DNA of 64,000 bases from Eledone cirrhosa (Eukaryota). Below, piece by piece: positions 38,681-53,416 of the stretch (positions are counted from its first letter, which is position 1; each line of letters starts with the position of its first letter). The DNA lies in assembly GCA_964016885.1 (NCBI GenBank), contig OZ024758.1:15810001-15874000 (forward strand), given 5' to 3'. Below the pieces are notes generated by a model. It saw only the letters and a list, made by a program, of their open reading frames with translations. It made no database searches and was not told the DNA's origin. The position numbers and the translations under genes are program-made.

Positions 38681-40228
38681 GTACTCACTGTAAAGTGGTC
38701 GTATAGGTGCCACGGCAAAAAGCACCCAGTACTCACTGTAAAGTGGTCGTGTAAGTGCCACGTCAAAAAGCACCCAGTACTCACTGTAAAGTGGTTGTGT
38801 AGGTACCACGGCAAAAAGCACCCAGTACTCACTGTAAAGTGGTTGTGTAGGTGCCACGTCAAAAAGCACCCAGTACTCACAGTAAAGTGATCGTGTACGT
38901 GTCACGGCAAAAAGCACCCAGTACTCACTGTAAAGTGGTCGTGTAAGTGCCACGTCAAAAAGCACCCAGTACTCACTGTAAAGTGATCGTGTAGGTGCCA
39001 CGTCAAAAAGCACCCAGTACTCACAGTAAAGTGGTTGTGTAGGTGCCACGTCAAAAAGCACCCAGTACTCACTGTAAAGTGGTCGTGTAGGTGCCACGGC
39101 AAAAAGCACCCAGTACTCACTGTAAAGTGGTCGTGTACGTGTCACGGCAAAAAGCACCCAGTACTCACTGTAAAGTGGTCGTGTAGGTGCCACGGCAAAA
39201 AGCACCCAGTACTCACTGTAAAGTGGTCGTGTACGTGTCACGGCAAAAAGCACCCAGTACTCACTGTAAAGTGGTCGTGTAGGTGCCACGGCAAAAAGCA
39301 CCCAGTACTCACTGTAAAGTGGTCGTGTAGGTACCACGGCAAAAAGCACCCAGTACTCACTGTAAAGTGGTCGTGTAGGTGCCACGTCAAAAAGCACCCA
39401 GTACTCACTGTAAAGTGGTCGTGTAGGTGCCACGGCAAAAAGCACCCAGTACTCACTGTAAAGTGGTCGTGTACGTGCCACGGCAAAAAGCACCCAGTAC
39501 TCACTGTAAAGTGGTCGTGTAGGTGTCATGGCAAAAAGCACCCAGTACTCACTGTAAAGTGGTCATGTAGGTGCCATGGCAAAAAGCACCCAGTACTCAC
39601 TGTAGAGTGGTCATGTAGGTGCCACGGCAAAAAGCACCCAGTACTCACTGTAAAGTGGTCGTGTAGGTGCCACGTCAAAAAGCACCCAGTACTCACTGTA
39701 AAGTGGTCGTGTAGGTGTCATGGCAAAAAGCACCCAGTACTCACTGTAAAGTGGTCATGTAGGTGCCATGGCAAAAAGCACCCAGTACTCACTGTAGAGT
39801 GGTCATGTAGGTGCCACGGCAAAAAGCACCCAGTACTCACTGTAAAGTGGTCATGTAGGTGTCACGGCAAAAAGCACCCAGTACTCACTGTAAAGTGGTC
39901 GTGTAGGTGTCACGGCAAAAAGCACCCAGTACTCATTGTAAAGTGGTCGTGTAGGTGCCACGGCAAAAAGCACCCAGTACTCACTGTAAAGTGGTCGTGT
40001 AGGTGTCATGGCAAAAAGCACCCAGTACTCATTGTAAAGTGGTCGTGTAGGTGCCACGGCAAAAAGCACCCAGTACTCACTGTAAAGTGGTCGTGTAGGT
40101 GTCATGGCAAAAAGCACCCAGTACTCATTGTAAAGTGGTCGTGTAGGTACCACGGCAAAAAGCACCCAGTACTCACTGTAAAGTGGTCGTGTAGGTACCA
40201 CGGCAAAAAGCACCCAGTACTCACTGTC
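38681..40228. repeat. 48-bp minisatellite, about 32 copies, ending in a SINE tail (40229-40385)
   Basis: Unit AAAAAGCACCCAGTACTCACTGTAAAGTGGTCGTGTAGGTGCCACGGC; runs into GTTGGCGTTAGGAAGGGCATCCAGC...AACCCATGCTAG...(GAT)n. Confidence 0.95.
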
Positions 40229-40562
40229 AATGAGGTTGGCGTTAGGAAGGGCATCCAGCTGTAGAAACCATGCCAAAATCAGTATGAGCAAGCCATGATC
40301 ACCTGACTGAACATTGCCCACAACAGGACAACTCGTCTAACCCATGCTAGTGTGGAAAAATCAACGCAAAACGACGATGATGGTGACTATATATATATAT
40401 ATATATATATATATGAACGAAATGAAATTAAATTATTGTGTACAGTGCTCAGGTGCACTACAACTCATCAAAGGTGTATGTATAGTACATAGAATAATGT
40501 ACAAATATCAGGAAAGTGAACAGTGTATGGGTCATGATATACATGTGTGCGTGTGTATGGAG

Positions 40563-40606
<44 letters not shown>

Positions 40607-40608
<2 letters not shown>

Positions 40609-40679
40609 TCCTTCTGATGAACGACTTCGGGCGCCTCTGTTGGGGTCGCCTGACTTCGTGAAACCTTGGGTAATGGAAT
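40607..40679 (+). ncRNA. Type I hammerhead ribozyme
   Basis: ATTCCTT-CTGATGA-ACGA...(GC-rich inner hairpin)...TCGT-GAAA-CC ttg GG-TA-ATGGAAT. One U-U mismatch in helix I. Confidence 0.72.
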
Positions 40680-40801
40680 AATTATATTGTGATGTTTATT
40701 ACATAATTAAATATATATATATATAGTATAAAAGAGAAAACACAGGTAAGCATTAAGAGAAGGATTTTATCCAGGTATTTACGACCGTTTTTTTTGCTTC
40801 T

Positions 40802-40851
<50 letters not shown>

Positions 40852-40877
40852 ATGTAATAAACAACATAAGGCAATTA

Positions 40878-40937
40878 TTCCATTTACCAGTGGTTTCTTA
40901 AAAGCAAAAGGTTTTGCTTTCAATCCTCAGAATGAAA
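40878..40937 (-). ncRNA. Type I hammerhead ribozyme
   Basis: Minus strand: TTTCATT-CTGAGGA-TTGAAAGCAAAA cc TTTTGCTTTTAA-GAAA-CC act GG-TA-AATGGAA. Confidence 0.75.
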
Positions 40938-41039
40938 AAATCCTGGTTTGTTTATTGAATTTGGATTTTAAAAATAATTAAGCTCTGTTACCTACATAGA
41001 GCACTCTTTTTTCCTGGACTTTTCCGACGGAATTACTTC

Positions 41040-41086
<47 letters not shown>

Positions 41087-42389
41087 TACTAAATTCCATA
41101 CAAAAAAAAAAAAAGGGTTTGGTCAATGGTCAATGTGACGCTACAGTAGAAGACTTGCCCAAGGTCTCTCGTTGTAGGAATCGAATCCAGGGGCCCACGC
41201 GGCTGCGAAGTGAACTCTTTAAACACATAGTCACATTTGCACCTACACACACAGGCGCGCCCGCGTGACGGACTTTTGCGCAGTTACCGTTTGTCAAATT
41301 CCATACACAAGACACCAATTAATTAGTCAGCTTGACGTGACTGCAGAAGATATCTAACCTCGGTACCGCGTTGTATATTTTATGAGTTGTATACGTACAT
41401 CCCCAAGATTGTTTTGTTTATACAGAAATATATATACACGAGGTGTCCCCCTAAAATGTATACACACTTCAACATCATTCTAATAAATATATGTATACAT
41501 TTTTGGGGGTCACCCTATATATAAATGTTTCTTGTAGTGGTGGTGCTTTAGTTAGTAAAATAAAGAAATATTTCCCCTAATTACTAGTTTCATTGTCCTC
41601 ATCGTTAATATTATTATTATTAACTATTATTATTAGGGTGGTGAAAGGACAGTGGATTGGCAGAATCGGTAGAGTGTCGGACAACATGTTTTGCGGCATA
41701 TAGTTACGGCCCTTTACGTTCTGAATTCAAATCCCGCCGAGGTTAGTTTTACCTCTCATCCTTACAGGGTCGATAAAATAAAGCACCAGTAATACACTGA
41801 GGTCGATTTAATCGACTCCCCCCACCCCACCCCCCAAAAAAAATTGCAGACCTTGTGCCTATAGTAGAAATCATGGTGGATTGGCAGTATCGGTAGAGCA
41901 TCAGGCAGCATGCTTTGCAGCATAGAGTTATGACCTTTTACGGTCTGAGTTCAAATCCCGCCGAGGTCAACTTTGCCTATCATCCTTACAAGGTCGATAA
42001 AACAAAGTACCAGTAATGCACTGGTGTAATTGCTGGGCTTGTGCAAAAAGTAGAAACAATTGTTATTATTAGGGCTCGATAAAATAAAATACCAGTAACA
42101 AACTGGGGTAGATTTAATCGACCCCCCCCCCCCAAAAAAAAAATTGCTGCCCTTGTGTCTATAGTAGAAACCATTAATAATAGTGGTATTATTACTACTA
42201 CTATTACTATGCTTGATAAAATGCCAATTGCTTCTTCTTACGCCAATGTTACATAGAACGAATGTTAACGTATTCCTTGGTCGTCTGCTACAATATCGTC
42301 ATTATCAACATCATCAACATTATCAACATATTGGGTGAACTGGCAATAGCAACAGAGAGACAGAGTGGGGGCTGTGAGAGTGGGGTTAT

Positions 42390-42390
42390 A

Positions 42391-42426
<36 letters not shown>

Positions 42427-45100
42427 TGTGTATGTCTGTGTGAGAGTATGTGAGAGAGAGAGAGAGAGTGTGTGTATGTGTGTGTGAGAGAGAGAGAGAG
42501 AGAGAATATGTGTGTGTGTGAGAGAGAGAGAGTGTGTGTGTGTGTGTGTGAGAGAGAGAGTGTACGTGTGTGAGAGAGAAGAGAGAATGTGTGTGAGAGA
42601 GAGTGTGTATGTGTGTGAGAGAGAAGAGAGAATATGTGTGTGTGTGTGTGTGTGGTATTAGCTTTAGTACGAGTAGCAGTAGTAGCTGTAATATTGACAT
42701 CATCGTCTACGTCACCACCACCGCCATCAAAACCACCACTACCACCACCATCATCAAAAACCATCACCACCACCACCACCACCACCACCACCACCACCAC
42801 TATCATCAAAAACCATCACCATCAACACCACCACCATCACCACTATCACCACTATCACCACCAACACCACCACCATCACCACTATCATCATCGTCACCAC
42901 CACCACCACCACCACCAATATCATCACCACCATCAACGCCACCACCACTATTAACATCATCATCACCACCACCACCAGTATCATCATCATCATCATCATC
43001 ATCATCGTCATCATCATAATCTATAATACCTAATATTGCTGCATTAGTTAGAAGACAAACAGCAGACGAACGTACTTTAGAAATACTATAAACTATATAT
43101 TTAGCCACAGAGTCACACTAAAGCTACTTTACAATATATATTAAAATTGTTTGTTTTTATATTTTTTACACGACTGTATGTAGTAAAATCCCCGGCATGT
43201 CTTTGTATTGTCACCTTTTCTTGTGCGCCCTTGTGGCTAATAAAGAAATATATATTAAAATATATATAAAAAAAAAACAAAAAAAAACTTTATTTCTTTC
43301 TTTCTCTCTTTCTTTTTTACTTACTTTCTTTCTCTCTCGTCTCTCCCGCCTCTTGTTAAAGCATAGAGATTGCACCACCATACCACCCCACCACTTCCCC
43401 ACCGCGTCACTACACCACACTACCATACCACCATACACCACCACACTACCATACACCCTTACACCACTATACCACACTACCATAAACCATACACCACCAC
43501 ACTACCACACCACACCACTACACTACCATACACCCATTACACCACTACACTACCACTACACCACACTGTCACACCACCACCGCACCATACCACCACAGTA
43601 CCATATCACCACCACACTATACCACTATACCACACCCTTACACCACTACCATACCACTACACCACACTACCACACCACCACAGTACCATATCACCACAGT
43701 GCCATATCACCACCGCACCATACCACCACAGTACCATATCACCACCACACTATACCACTATACCACACCCTTACACCACTACCATACCACTACACCACAC
43801 TACCACACCACCACAGTACCATATCACCACAGTGCCATATCACCACCGCACCATACCACCACAGTACCATATCACCACCGCACCATACCACCACCACACT
43901 ATACCACACCACACCACACCACACCACACCACACCACACCACCATACCACTACACCAAAACCAATGACGAAAAAAAAAAAGAAGTAATAATGCAAAAAAT
44001 CCCAGCCGTTGGTATCCATCTTCCACCCCCTCAACATATTTCGATTGTCGCGTCTGGCTGATTGGATAAACTCCGCCACTAACCAACTAACACTCTTGTG
44101 GGGGGGGGGGGGGACAATAAAAACAATAATTATTATAGTATACACCACCACCATCACTGACACCACCACCACCACCATCACCACCATCACTACTGACACC
44201 ACCACCACCACCATCACCATCACTGACACCACCACCATCACTGACACCACCACCACCACCATCACTGACACCACCACCACCACCATCACCACCATCACTA
44301 CTGACACCACCACCATCACCATCACCGACACTACCACCACCACCATCACTGACACCACCACCACCACCATCACTGACACCACCACCACCATCATCACAGA
44401 CACCACCACCATCATCAACACCTTCACTACCACCACCACCACCAACAACAACACTACTATCACCACCATCACTGACACCACCACCTTCACCACCACCATC
44501 ACTACCACCACCAACAACAACACTACTACCACCACCACCACCAACACTACCACCACCACCACTACCAACACAACAACCACCACCACCACTACCACTACTA
44601 ACAGCATCAACACCAACACCACCACCACTACCACTACCACCAACACAACGACGACCACCACCACTACCACTACTACCACCAACAGCATCAACACCAACAA
44701 CACCAACACCAACACCACCACCACTACCAACACAACAACCACCACCACCACTACCACTACTAACAGCATCAACACCAACACCACCATCACTACCACTACC
44801 ACCAACACAACGACGACCACCACCACTACCACTACTACCACCAACAGCATCAACACCAACAACACCAACACCACCACTACCAACACAACCACCACCACCA
44901 CCACCACCACCACTACCACCAACACAACGACCACCACCACCACTACTACCACCAACATCATCAACACCAACAACACCACCACAACCACCACTACCACTAC
45001 CAACAACACCACCACAACCACCACTACCAACACAACGACGACGACGACCACCACCACCACCACCACCACCACCAATACTACTACTACCACCAACAACATC
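42390..45100. repeat. (GA/GT)n and (CAC/CCA/CAT)n low-complexity tracts
   Basis: Degenerate di- and trinucleotide repeats that give poly-T/H/V pseudo-ORFs. Confidence 0.9.
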
Positions 45101-45379
45101 AACATAAAAATACGGTGTTGGTTAGTTCTGGAGAGAAATTGTCTTGGTGACATTTTTTTACTTGAAGACTCTATAGACGGTAGTATATTTAGTGAGCAGA
45201 TAAAACGAAACCAAACCATCATTGCCTTTTTAACAATCTAGATTATTCCAACGAAACTCTGCAATAATGTTTAGGCAACAGAGTTGGTCAAAGGTAAGGA
45301 TTTTATTTCATATTTTAATAATTATTGTCTTACAGTTAGTTTATTCTATTTTAATTTTTTTTCTTTCATATTTCATTAA

Positions 45380-45445
<66 letters not shown>

Positions 45446-45578
45446 TACAGATATATACATACGTACATGCATATACACATGATGCATACATGCAACTATA
45501 TATACTTATATACATGCATACGTACATACATACATACATACATACATGATGCATACATATATATACATGATGCATTTA

Positions 45579-45613
<35 letters not shown>

Positions 45614-45684
45614 CTTGACGTTATAGTCGCATATATGTTATAGAATGCTGTTAGCTTCTTGCTAAAACAATCTCTATACCTCTC

Positions 45685-45738
<54 letters not shown>

Positions 45739-46192
45739 TGAGGCTGTCGGTTCGATTCCTGGACCAGGCGATGCGTTATGTCCTTGAGCAAGACACTTTA
45801 TTTCACTTTGCTCCTTCTACCTGGAGTTGCGACCGATAGATAGTATCAGCAATTGGAAAGACCAACGGAAACATTGATTCCTCGGTCCGATTTGACGAAA
45901 GTCGATCGACAAAAAAAAAAGTACCTATATACATACATACATACATACATACATACATACATACATACATACATACATACATACATACATACCATTCATA
46001 CATGCATACATATATATATATATACATGATGCATATATACATACCACTATACATACATACAGAACACATACATATATGCATACATACATAATACATATAT
46101 ACACACATATTTATGTATAATATATGTAAATATATATGTGTGTGTGTATGCATATATGTATGCATATATATACATACACACACATATACATG

Positions 46193-46247
<55 letters not shown>

Positions 46248-46615
46248 GCACACTCACATGTATATACATACACCCATATATATATATATATGTATGTATA
46301 TATATATATATGTGTGTGTGTGCGTATATATATATATGTACAACTGTACATGCAGGGAGGCTGAATGCTAAAAATAACAGCTAATTCTACATCAAATCCT
46401 ACCCAATCGTCTTTAAAAAATGAAGGACAAATTGTGCAATTAATTCCTACATACACTATGTCTGAATGTGAGACGTGTAAGTCACAACTGGAACGCCTTT
46501 AATCATAAGTCTAATACTGACTAGAGCTGATCCTAGGCAAAATAACACTAATAAGTGGGTGTCTATATCTGTGTATTTATATGTATATATATGCGTGTGT
46601 GTGTGTGCATAGTTG

Positions 46616-46648
<33 letters not shown>

Positions 46649-46693
46649 ATGTGTGTATTTGTATATATATATGTGTGTGTGTGTGCATATTTG

Positions 46694-46724
<31 letters not shown>

Positions 46725-46751
46725 ATGTATGTGTGTGTGTGTGCATATTTG

Positions 46752-46784
<33 letters not shown>

Positions 46785-46849
46785 ATTTGTATATATATAT
46801 ATGTGTGTGTGTGCATATGTATATATATATGTGTGTGTGTGTGCATATT

Positions 46850-46918
<69 letters not shown>

Positions 46919-46983
46919 GAAGTGATTCCGTCGGAAAGGTCCAGCAAAAAAGAGTGCTCTATGTAGGTTACAGAGCTTATTAG

Positions 46984-47016
<33 letters not shown>

Positions 47017-47073
47017 TATAGTTATATATATATATATAATATAAGATCAAAAGATGGTTAAAAGAGTTCCAAG

Positions 47074-47114
<41 letters not shown>

Positions 47115-47118
<4 letters not shown>

Positions 47119-47265
47119 TGTAATAAACAACATAAGATAATTATTTCATTTACCAGTGGTTTCTTAAATGAAATAATTATCTTGTTTTTATTACATAACT
47201 AAATAGCTCTGTACCCTACATAGAGCACTCGCTTTTCCTTTACTTTTCCTACGGAAATACTTCAT

Positions 47266-47266
<1 letters not shown>
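47115..47266. mobile_element. Hairpin-plus-tail element (family of 40851-41042)
   Basis: Arms GTTATGTAATAAACAACATAAGATAATTATTTCATTTA and its inverse; tail AGCTCTGT..CTACATAGAGCACTC..CGGAAATACTTC. Related pieces at about 8453-8522, 12133-12240, 38602-38680, 40673-40712 and 46916-46982. Confidence 0.6.
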
Positions 47267-47297
<31 letters not shown>

Positions 47298-47307
47298 TAT
47301 GCTTATG

Positions 47308-47412
<105 letters not shown>

Positions 47413-47586
47413 GTGTGTATATATATATATACACAGGGTGGCCCAAAAGTCGCGATACATAAAAAAAATAATAATTATATTTTATAAGAAACGATTTATT
47501 CAAAATAAATAAATATGGAAACTTAAAAATATAAACTTAAAAATTTCCTATGTATTGCGACTTTTGGGCCACCCTGTACACACACG

Positions 47587-47656
<70 letters not shown>

Positions 47657-47675
47657 CATCCATACATACATATAT

Positions 47676-47708
<33 letters not shown>

Positions 47709-48936
47709 AACACACGCACCTGTTGATTTCACTTATATATATATATATATAAGTGAAATCAACAGGTGCGTGTGTTTTTATTGGCAACATGACCCTCCCA
47801 AAGTAAAACTATATATATATATAGTAAAAAAAAAGGCTGTCACGAGCCTGGTGCTTATCCCAGTTTCCGTGGCATGAAACGATTGAGAATACAAGACTCC
47901 ATTCCCCCTGGACAGGACGCCAGTCCATCGCAGGGTTAACTCCCACCAGCTACTGCTGGTACTCATATTCAACTGTGTATACTGGAGCAACGGGAAACGA
48001 AGTGTTTTGCCCAAGAACACAACACACAACCCAGTCCAGGAATTGAACCCACGATGTTATAATTCTAAGTCCAACACCCTCGCCACTAGGCCACACGCTT
48101 TCACTGTTATACACACACACACACATATATATATACACACACACACATATATATATATACACACACACACACATATATATACACACACACACATACACAC
48201 ATAAATACACACACATATATATACACACACACACATACATACACACACATATATATATATACTCACACACACACACACACACACACGTATCCATAATCAT
48301 ATTTTCACATGCTGTATCAGGTTTTTTGCGTCATAAATTTATCATCGTTAGAACTGTGAAAAGGATAATGGAAATCTGAAAAGAAATACTCAAATGCAGT
48401 AATCAAAGAAAAAAAGGGGTCCTTTAAAGATACCCGTAATATGGTTTGGGGGTAACCTGCTGCCAAGATATAGTTGACAAAGCGACTCAGTCAAAATATT
48501 CGAGAAATTCTTGTCGTAGAAATTATGAAAATTCTTTTTAATGTATGTACCTGCATTACATATGTGCATACTATTTCTGTGAGTGTGAGTGTGTGTATGC
48601 GTGTATGTATATACACGCACACATATACATATATACACACACTCACACATATATTCTGCAGACCTGCCAACCTCTAAAAACCCAAACTGGGAGTACCACG
48701 AAAACAAAAGTGCCCCTAAAGCGGGGAGAAATGAGGCAAAATGGGGAGATTTTACATCATAAAAGTTATACCCATTTTAACAAGAGAAGACATCTCTCAC
48801 CCACCCGAAATTGGGTGGGGGATCTTCCAGTCAGACGGGGAGAGGTGACAGGTCTGATACCCTTCTCACCGCAGCCATACACGGGTTGAAAATCCGTCCG
48901 GTGATACGTGTGTCCTCGATTATGGTTTCTTAATAT

Positions 48937-49330
48937 AGACCCCTAAAAACTGGTAATAGACCCCTAAAAACTGGTAATAGACCCCAAGAAACTGGTAATA
49001 GACCCCTAGAAACTGGTAATAGACCCCAAGAAACTGGTAATAGACCCCTAGAAACTGGTAATAGGCCCCAAGAAACTGGTAATAGGCCCCTAGAAACTGG
49101 TAATAGACCCCTAGAAACTGGTAATAGACCCCTAGAAACTGGTAATAGACCCCTAGAAACTGGTAATAGACCCCAAGAAACTGGTAATAGGCCCCAAGAA
49201 ACTGGTAATAGACCCCTAGAAACTGGTAATAGGCCCCAAGAAACTGGTAATAGGCCCCTAGAAACTGGTAACAGACCCCTAGAAACTGGTAATAGGCCCC
49301 AAGAAAGCAATAATAGGCCCCAAGAAACAG
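48937..49330. repeat. 21-bp minisatellite
   Basis: Unit GACCCCTAGAAACTGGTAATA. Confidence 0.95.
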
Positions 49331-49399
49331 GACATAGGCCCACGTCAGATATGAAACGTAGGCCACATTTCCAACTGCTCATTTAGTATTTTAGCAATC

Positions 49400-50890
49400 A
49401 ATATACACATATAGTATACTATATAGTATGGATTACATGTATATATACTTATATATGTATACTATATAGTATGGGTTACATGTATATATACATATATATA
49501 CTATATAGTATGAGTTACGTATATATACACATATAGTATACTATATAGTATGGGTTACATGTATATATACATATATATGTATACTATATAGTATGGGTTA
49601 CATATATATATACATATGTATGTATACTATATAGTATGGGTTACATGTATATATACATATATATGTATACTATACAGTATGGGTTACATGTATATATATA
49701 CATATATATGTATACTATATAGTATGGGTTACATGTATATATACATATATATGTATACTATACAGTATGGGTTACATGTATATATATACATATATATGTA
49801 TACTATATAGTATGGGTTACATGTATATATATACATATATATGTATACTATATAGTATGGGTTACATGTATATATACATATATATGTATACTATATAGTA
49901 TGTGTTACATGTATATATATACATATATATGTATACTATATAGTATGGGTTACATGTATATATACATATATATGTATACTATACAGTATGGGTTACATGT
50001 ATATATATACATATATATGTATACTATATAGTATGGGTTACATGTATATATATACATATATATGTATACTATATAGTATGGGTTACATGTATATATACAT
50101 ATATATGTATACTATACAGTATGGGTTACATGTATATATACATATGTATACTATATAGTATGGGTTACATATATATGCTATATAGAATGGGTTTCGTATA
50201 TACACATATGTATGTTATATAGAATTGGTTACGTGTATATAATATAGTATGGATTACATGTATATATACATATGTATATTATATAGTATGGATTACATGT
50301 ATATATACATATGTATATTATATAGTATGGGTTACATGTATATATACATATGTATATTATATAGTATGGATTACATGTATATATACATATGTATATTATA
50401 TAGTATGGATTACATGTATATACACATATGTATATTATATAGTATGGATTACATGTATATATACATATGTATATTATATAGTATGGGTTACATGTATATA
50501 TACATATGTATATTATATAGTATGGATTACATGTATATATACATATGTATATTATATAGTATGGGTTACATGTATATATACATATGTATGGTGTATAGAA
50601 TGGGTTACGTGTATATACACATATGTATGGTGTATAGAATGGGTTACGTGTATATATACATATGTATGGTGTATAGAATGGGTTACGTGTATATATACAT
50701 ATGTATGCTGTATAGAATGGGTTACGTGTATATACACATATGTATGGTGTATAGAATGGGTTACGTGTATATACACATATGTATGCTGTATAGAATGGGT
50801 TACGTGTATATACACATATGTATGCTGTATAGAATGGGTTACGTGTATATACACATATGTATGCTGTATAGAATGGGTTACGTGTATACA
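49400..50890. repeat. 39-43-bp AT-rich minisatellite with blocks of variants
   Basis: Unit TATAGTATGGGTTACATGTATATATACATATGTATA.. Confidence 0.95.
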
Positions 50891-51324
50891 ACCATGCATG
50901 TAATACATATGATGTACTTAGGGTCACAGAACAACTAAAATTTGTGGTGAGTTGACCCTCTCACCCCTCAAAAACAGACAGTACAGTCTTGCAGTATCTG
51001 TTTCGGCACTCTGGGCACAGAGTTCAAGTCCCACCGAGGTAGACGTTGCCTTTCACCCTTTCGAGGGTCTATACTTGAGTGGTAGATTTAACCCGTTATC
51101 CAGTTTAATGCCACCCATTGATCCCCCACCCCCCGGGTGCCTTTGGCGGAGCCTCCTACCCCGACTCCGTTGGTAGCAATCGGACCAGGTTTTGCAGTTT
51201 GAGGATATATTCCTTCGTCCCCCCCCCTCCCCCGACCCCAGCCCCCGCCCTATGTCAGCAGTCTCTGAGGCCTTGAAAACGGTCATGGACATTGTTCCTT
51301 CGTCACTGACTAATACACACACAC

Positions 51325-51355
<31 letters not shown>

Positions 51356-51448
51356 TATATATATATGTATATATACACACACATATATATATATATACAC
51401 ATACACATATATATACACACACATACATATATACACACACACATATAT

Positions 51449-51497
<49 letters not shown>

Positions 51498-51528
51498 TAT
51501 ATATACACATATACACACATACACATAT

Positions 51529-51573
<45 letters not shown>

Positions 51574-51650
51574 CACATATACACACACACACAGATATAC
51601 ACACACACACATAGATACACATACACACACACACACACATATATATATAT

Positions 51651-51695
<45 letters not shown>

Positions 51696-52522
51696 CACAT
51701 AGATATACACACACATAGATACACATACACACACACACACATATAAATATACACACACACACACATTTATACACACACACATATATACACACACACACAC
51801 ACATTTATACACACACACACATATATATATCTTTTCTTTAGAAGCTCTAAGAACATTAACTAGAGTTGGTCACACATGTCCATTATCCGCATTCCGCAGT
51901 TTAGGAGGACCTGACCGGAAAAGCTATGGGCACTGCTCTTTCTCGTCGGACTAACCCCCACCACCACCACCACAATATCATCATCATCATCACCAACACC
52001 ACCACCACTAACACCACTACCCCAGCCACCGCCATCACCACCATCACTACCACCACCACCATCATTATCATCAACGTCACCCCCACCACCTCCACCATCC
52101 CCACCATCATCATAATCGTCTTTATCTTCATTAATATCACCATTGACATTAGCAATGATATATTCCCAATTCGAACAAGTTTTTTTTATTGACCCTTAAA
52201 TCTCCCCCACCCACTCTCTCTCTCTCTTTCCTCTATCTCTCTCTCTCTCACTCACTCACTCACTCCCTTTTCTCTCTCTCTCTCTCTCACTCCCTTTCCT
52301 CTATCTCTCCCCTTCATTGACACATACATACATACATACATACACACAAACATGCATACATAGCTATGCATGCATACATACATACATACATACATACACA
52401 CTCATATATACACAACCATTCATACGTATATACACACATACATGTATGCATGCATAATTATATATATATATATATATATAGTATATTCAGCCGGATAGCT
52501 GGAACAGGTAAAAGGTAAAAGA

Positions 52523-52564
<42 letters not shown>

Positions 52565-52669
52565 AAAAAAATAATAATGAAATTATTGTGTAAAGTGCTC
52601 AGGTGCACTACAACTCGTCAAAGGTGTATGTATAGTACATAGAATAATATACATATATTTGTGTGTGTA

Positions 52670-52700
<31 letters not shown>

Positions 52701-53212
52701 CATATATATTATATATATTAAATAAAAGAAAATTTCTTTACATATGTTGATAAAGGAAAATAATACATCACAAAAATCCCTAAGATTCTAGAAAAATTTA
52801 TCAGACCAAAATATTTGAGGGAAAATAAATAATAAATCAGTTTATAAATTTCTATATTTTTCTTTTTTTTTTCAAATGACTCATGACATTGACTCGAGAG
52901 GACGAGGAACTAAAGTCAAAAGCTAGTTCGTTTAGGTGATTTTAATACTAATCCAGTTTATAATCTTTATCAATAAAGCTTATAGCAACATAATCGGGTA
53001 AGACAGACAGCCCGCCACTATATAATTTAGAGATATAGGTGAAATCATTCTCACGGAAATTTTCTAATATAATACGGACGTCAAACTGTTGATTAGAAAC
53101 AATTATTTACGTGGACAGACGATATTCGATTTCGGAATATTTCATATACATTCCCACACACACACATATATATATATATATAAGATCAAAAGATGGTTAA
53201 AAGAGTTCCATG

Positions 53213-53283
53213 TATTTTATTATGCGCATTTCAAAAACAAATATCATCATGGGATGATATTTGCGTTCTCATCAGATAAAATA
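53213..53283 (-). ncRNA. Minimal type I hammerhead ribozyme (family of 4975)
   Basis: Minus strand: TATTTTAT-CTGATGA-GAACGCAAATATCATC ccat GATGATATTTGTTTTT-GAAA-TGCGCA-TA-ATAAAATA. Confidence 0.8.
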
Positions 53284-53351
53284 GGGAGACATGATATGAG
53301 GCTTAAAAATTTGCATTGCTTTATTGTGCTACAATAAAACTCACCTCTTAC

Positions 53352-53416
<65 letters not shown>

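Noticed and set aside
38681-40264. CRISPR-like array, or a 409-aa Cys/His repeat protein
   Set aside because: Head-to-tail 48-bp units with no unique spacers, no cas genes and a eukaryotic context. The ORF exists only because 48 is divisible by 3.
43840-45241. Mucin-like poly-Thr ORF (410 aa) and poly-Val ORF (460 aa)
   Set aside because: A (CAC)n-type microsatellite open on both strands, with no signal peptide or supported splice partners.
49400-50890. Telomeric or subtelomeric repeat (GGGTTA in each unit)
   Set aside because: A single hexamer per unit of about 40 bp, with no tandem TTAGGG.
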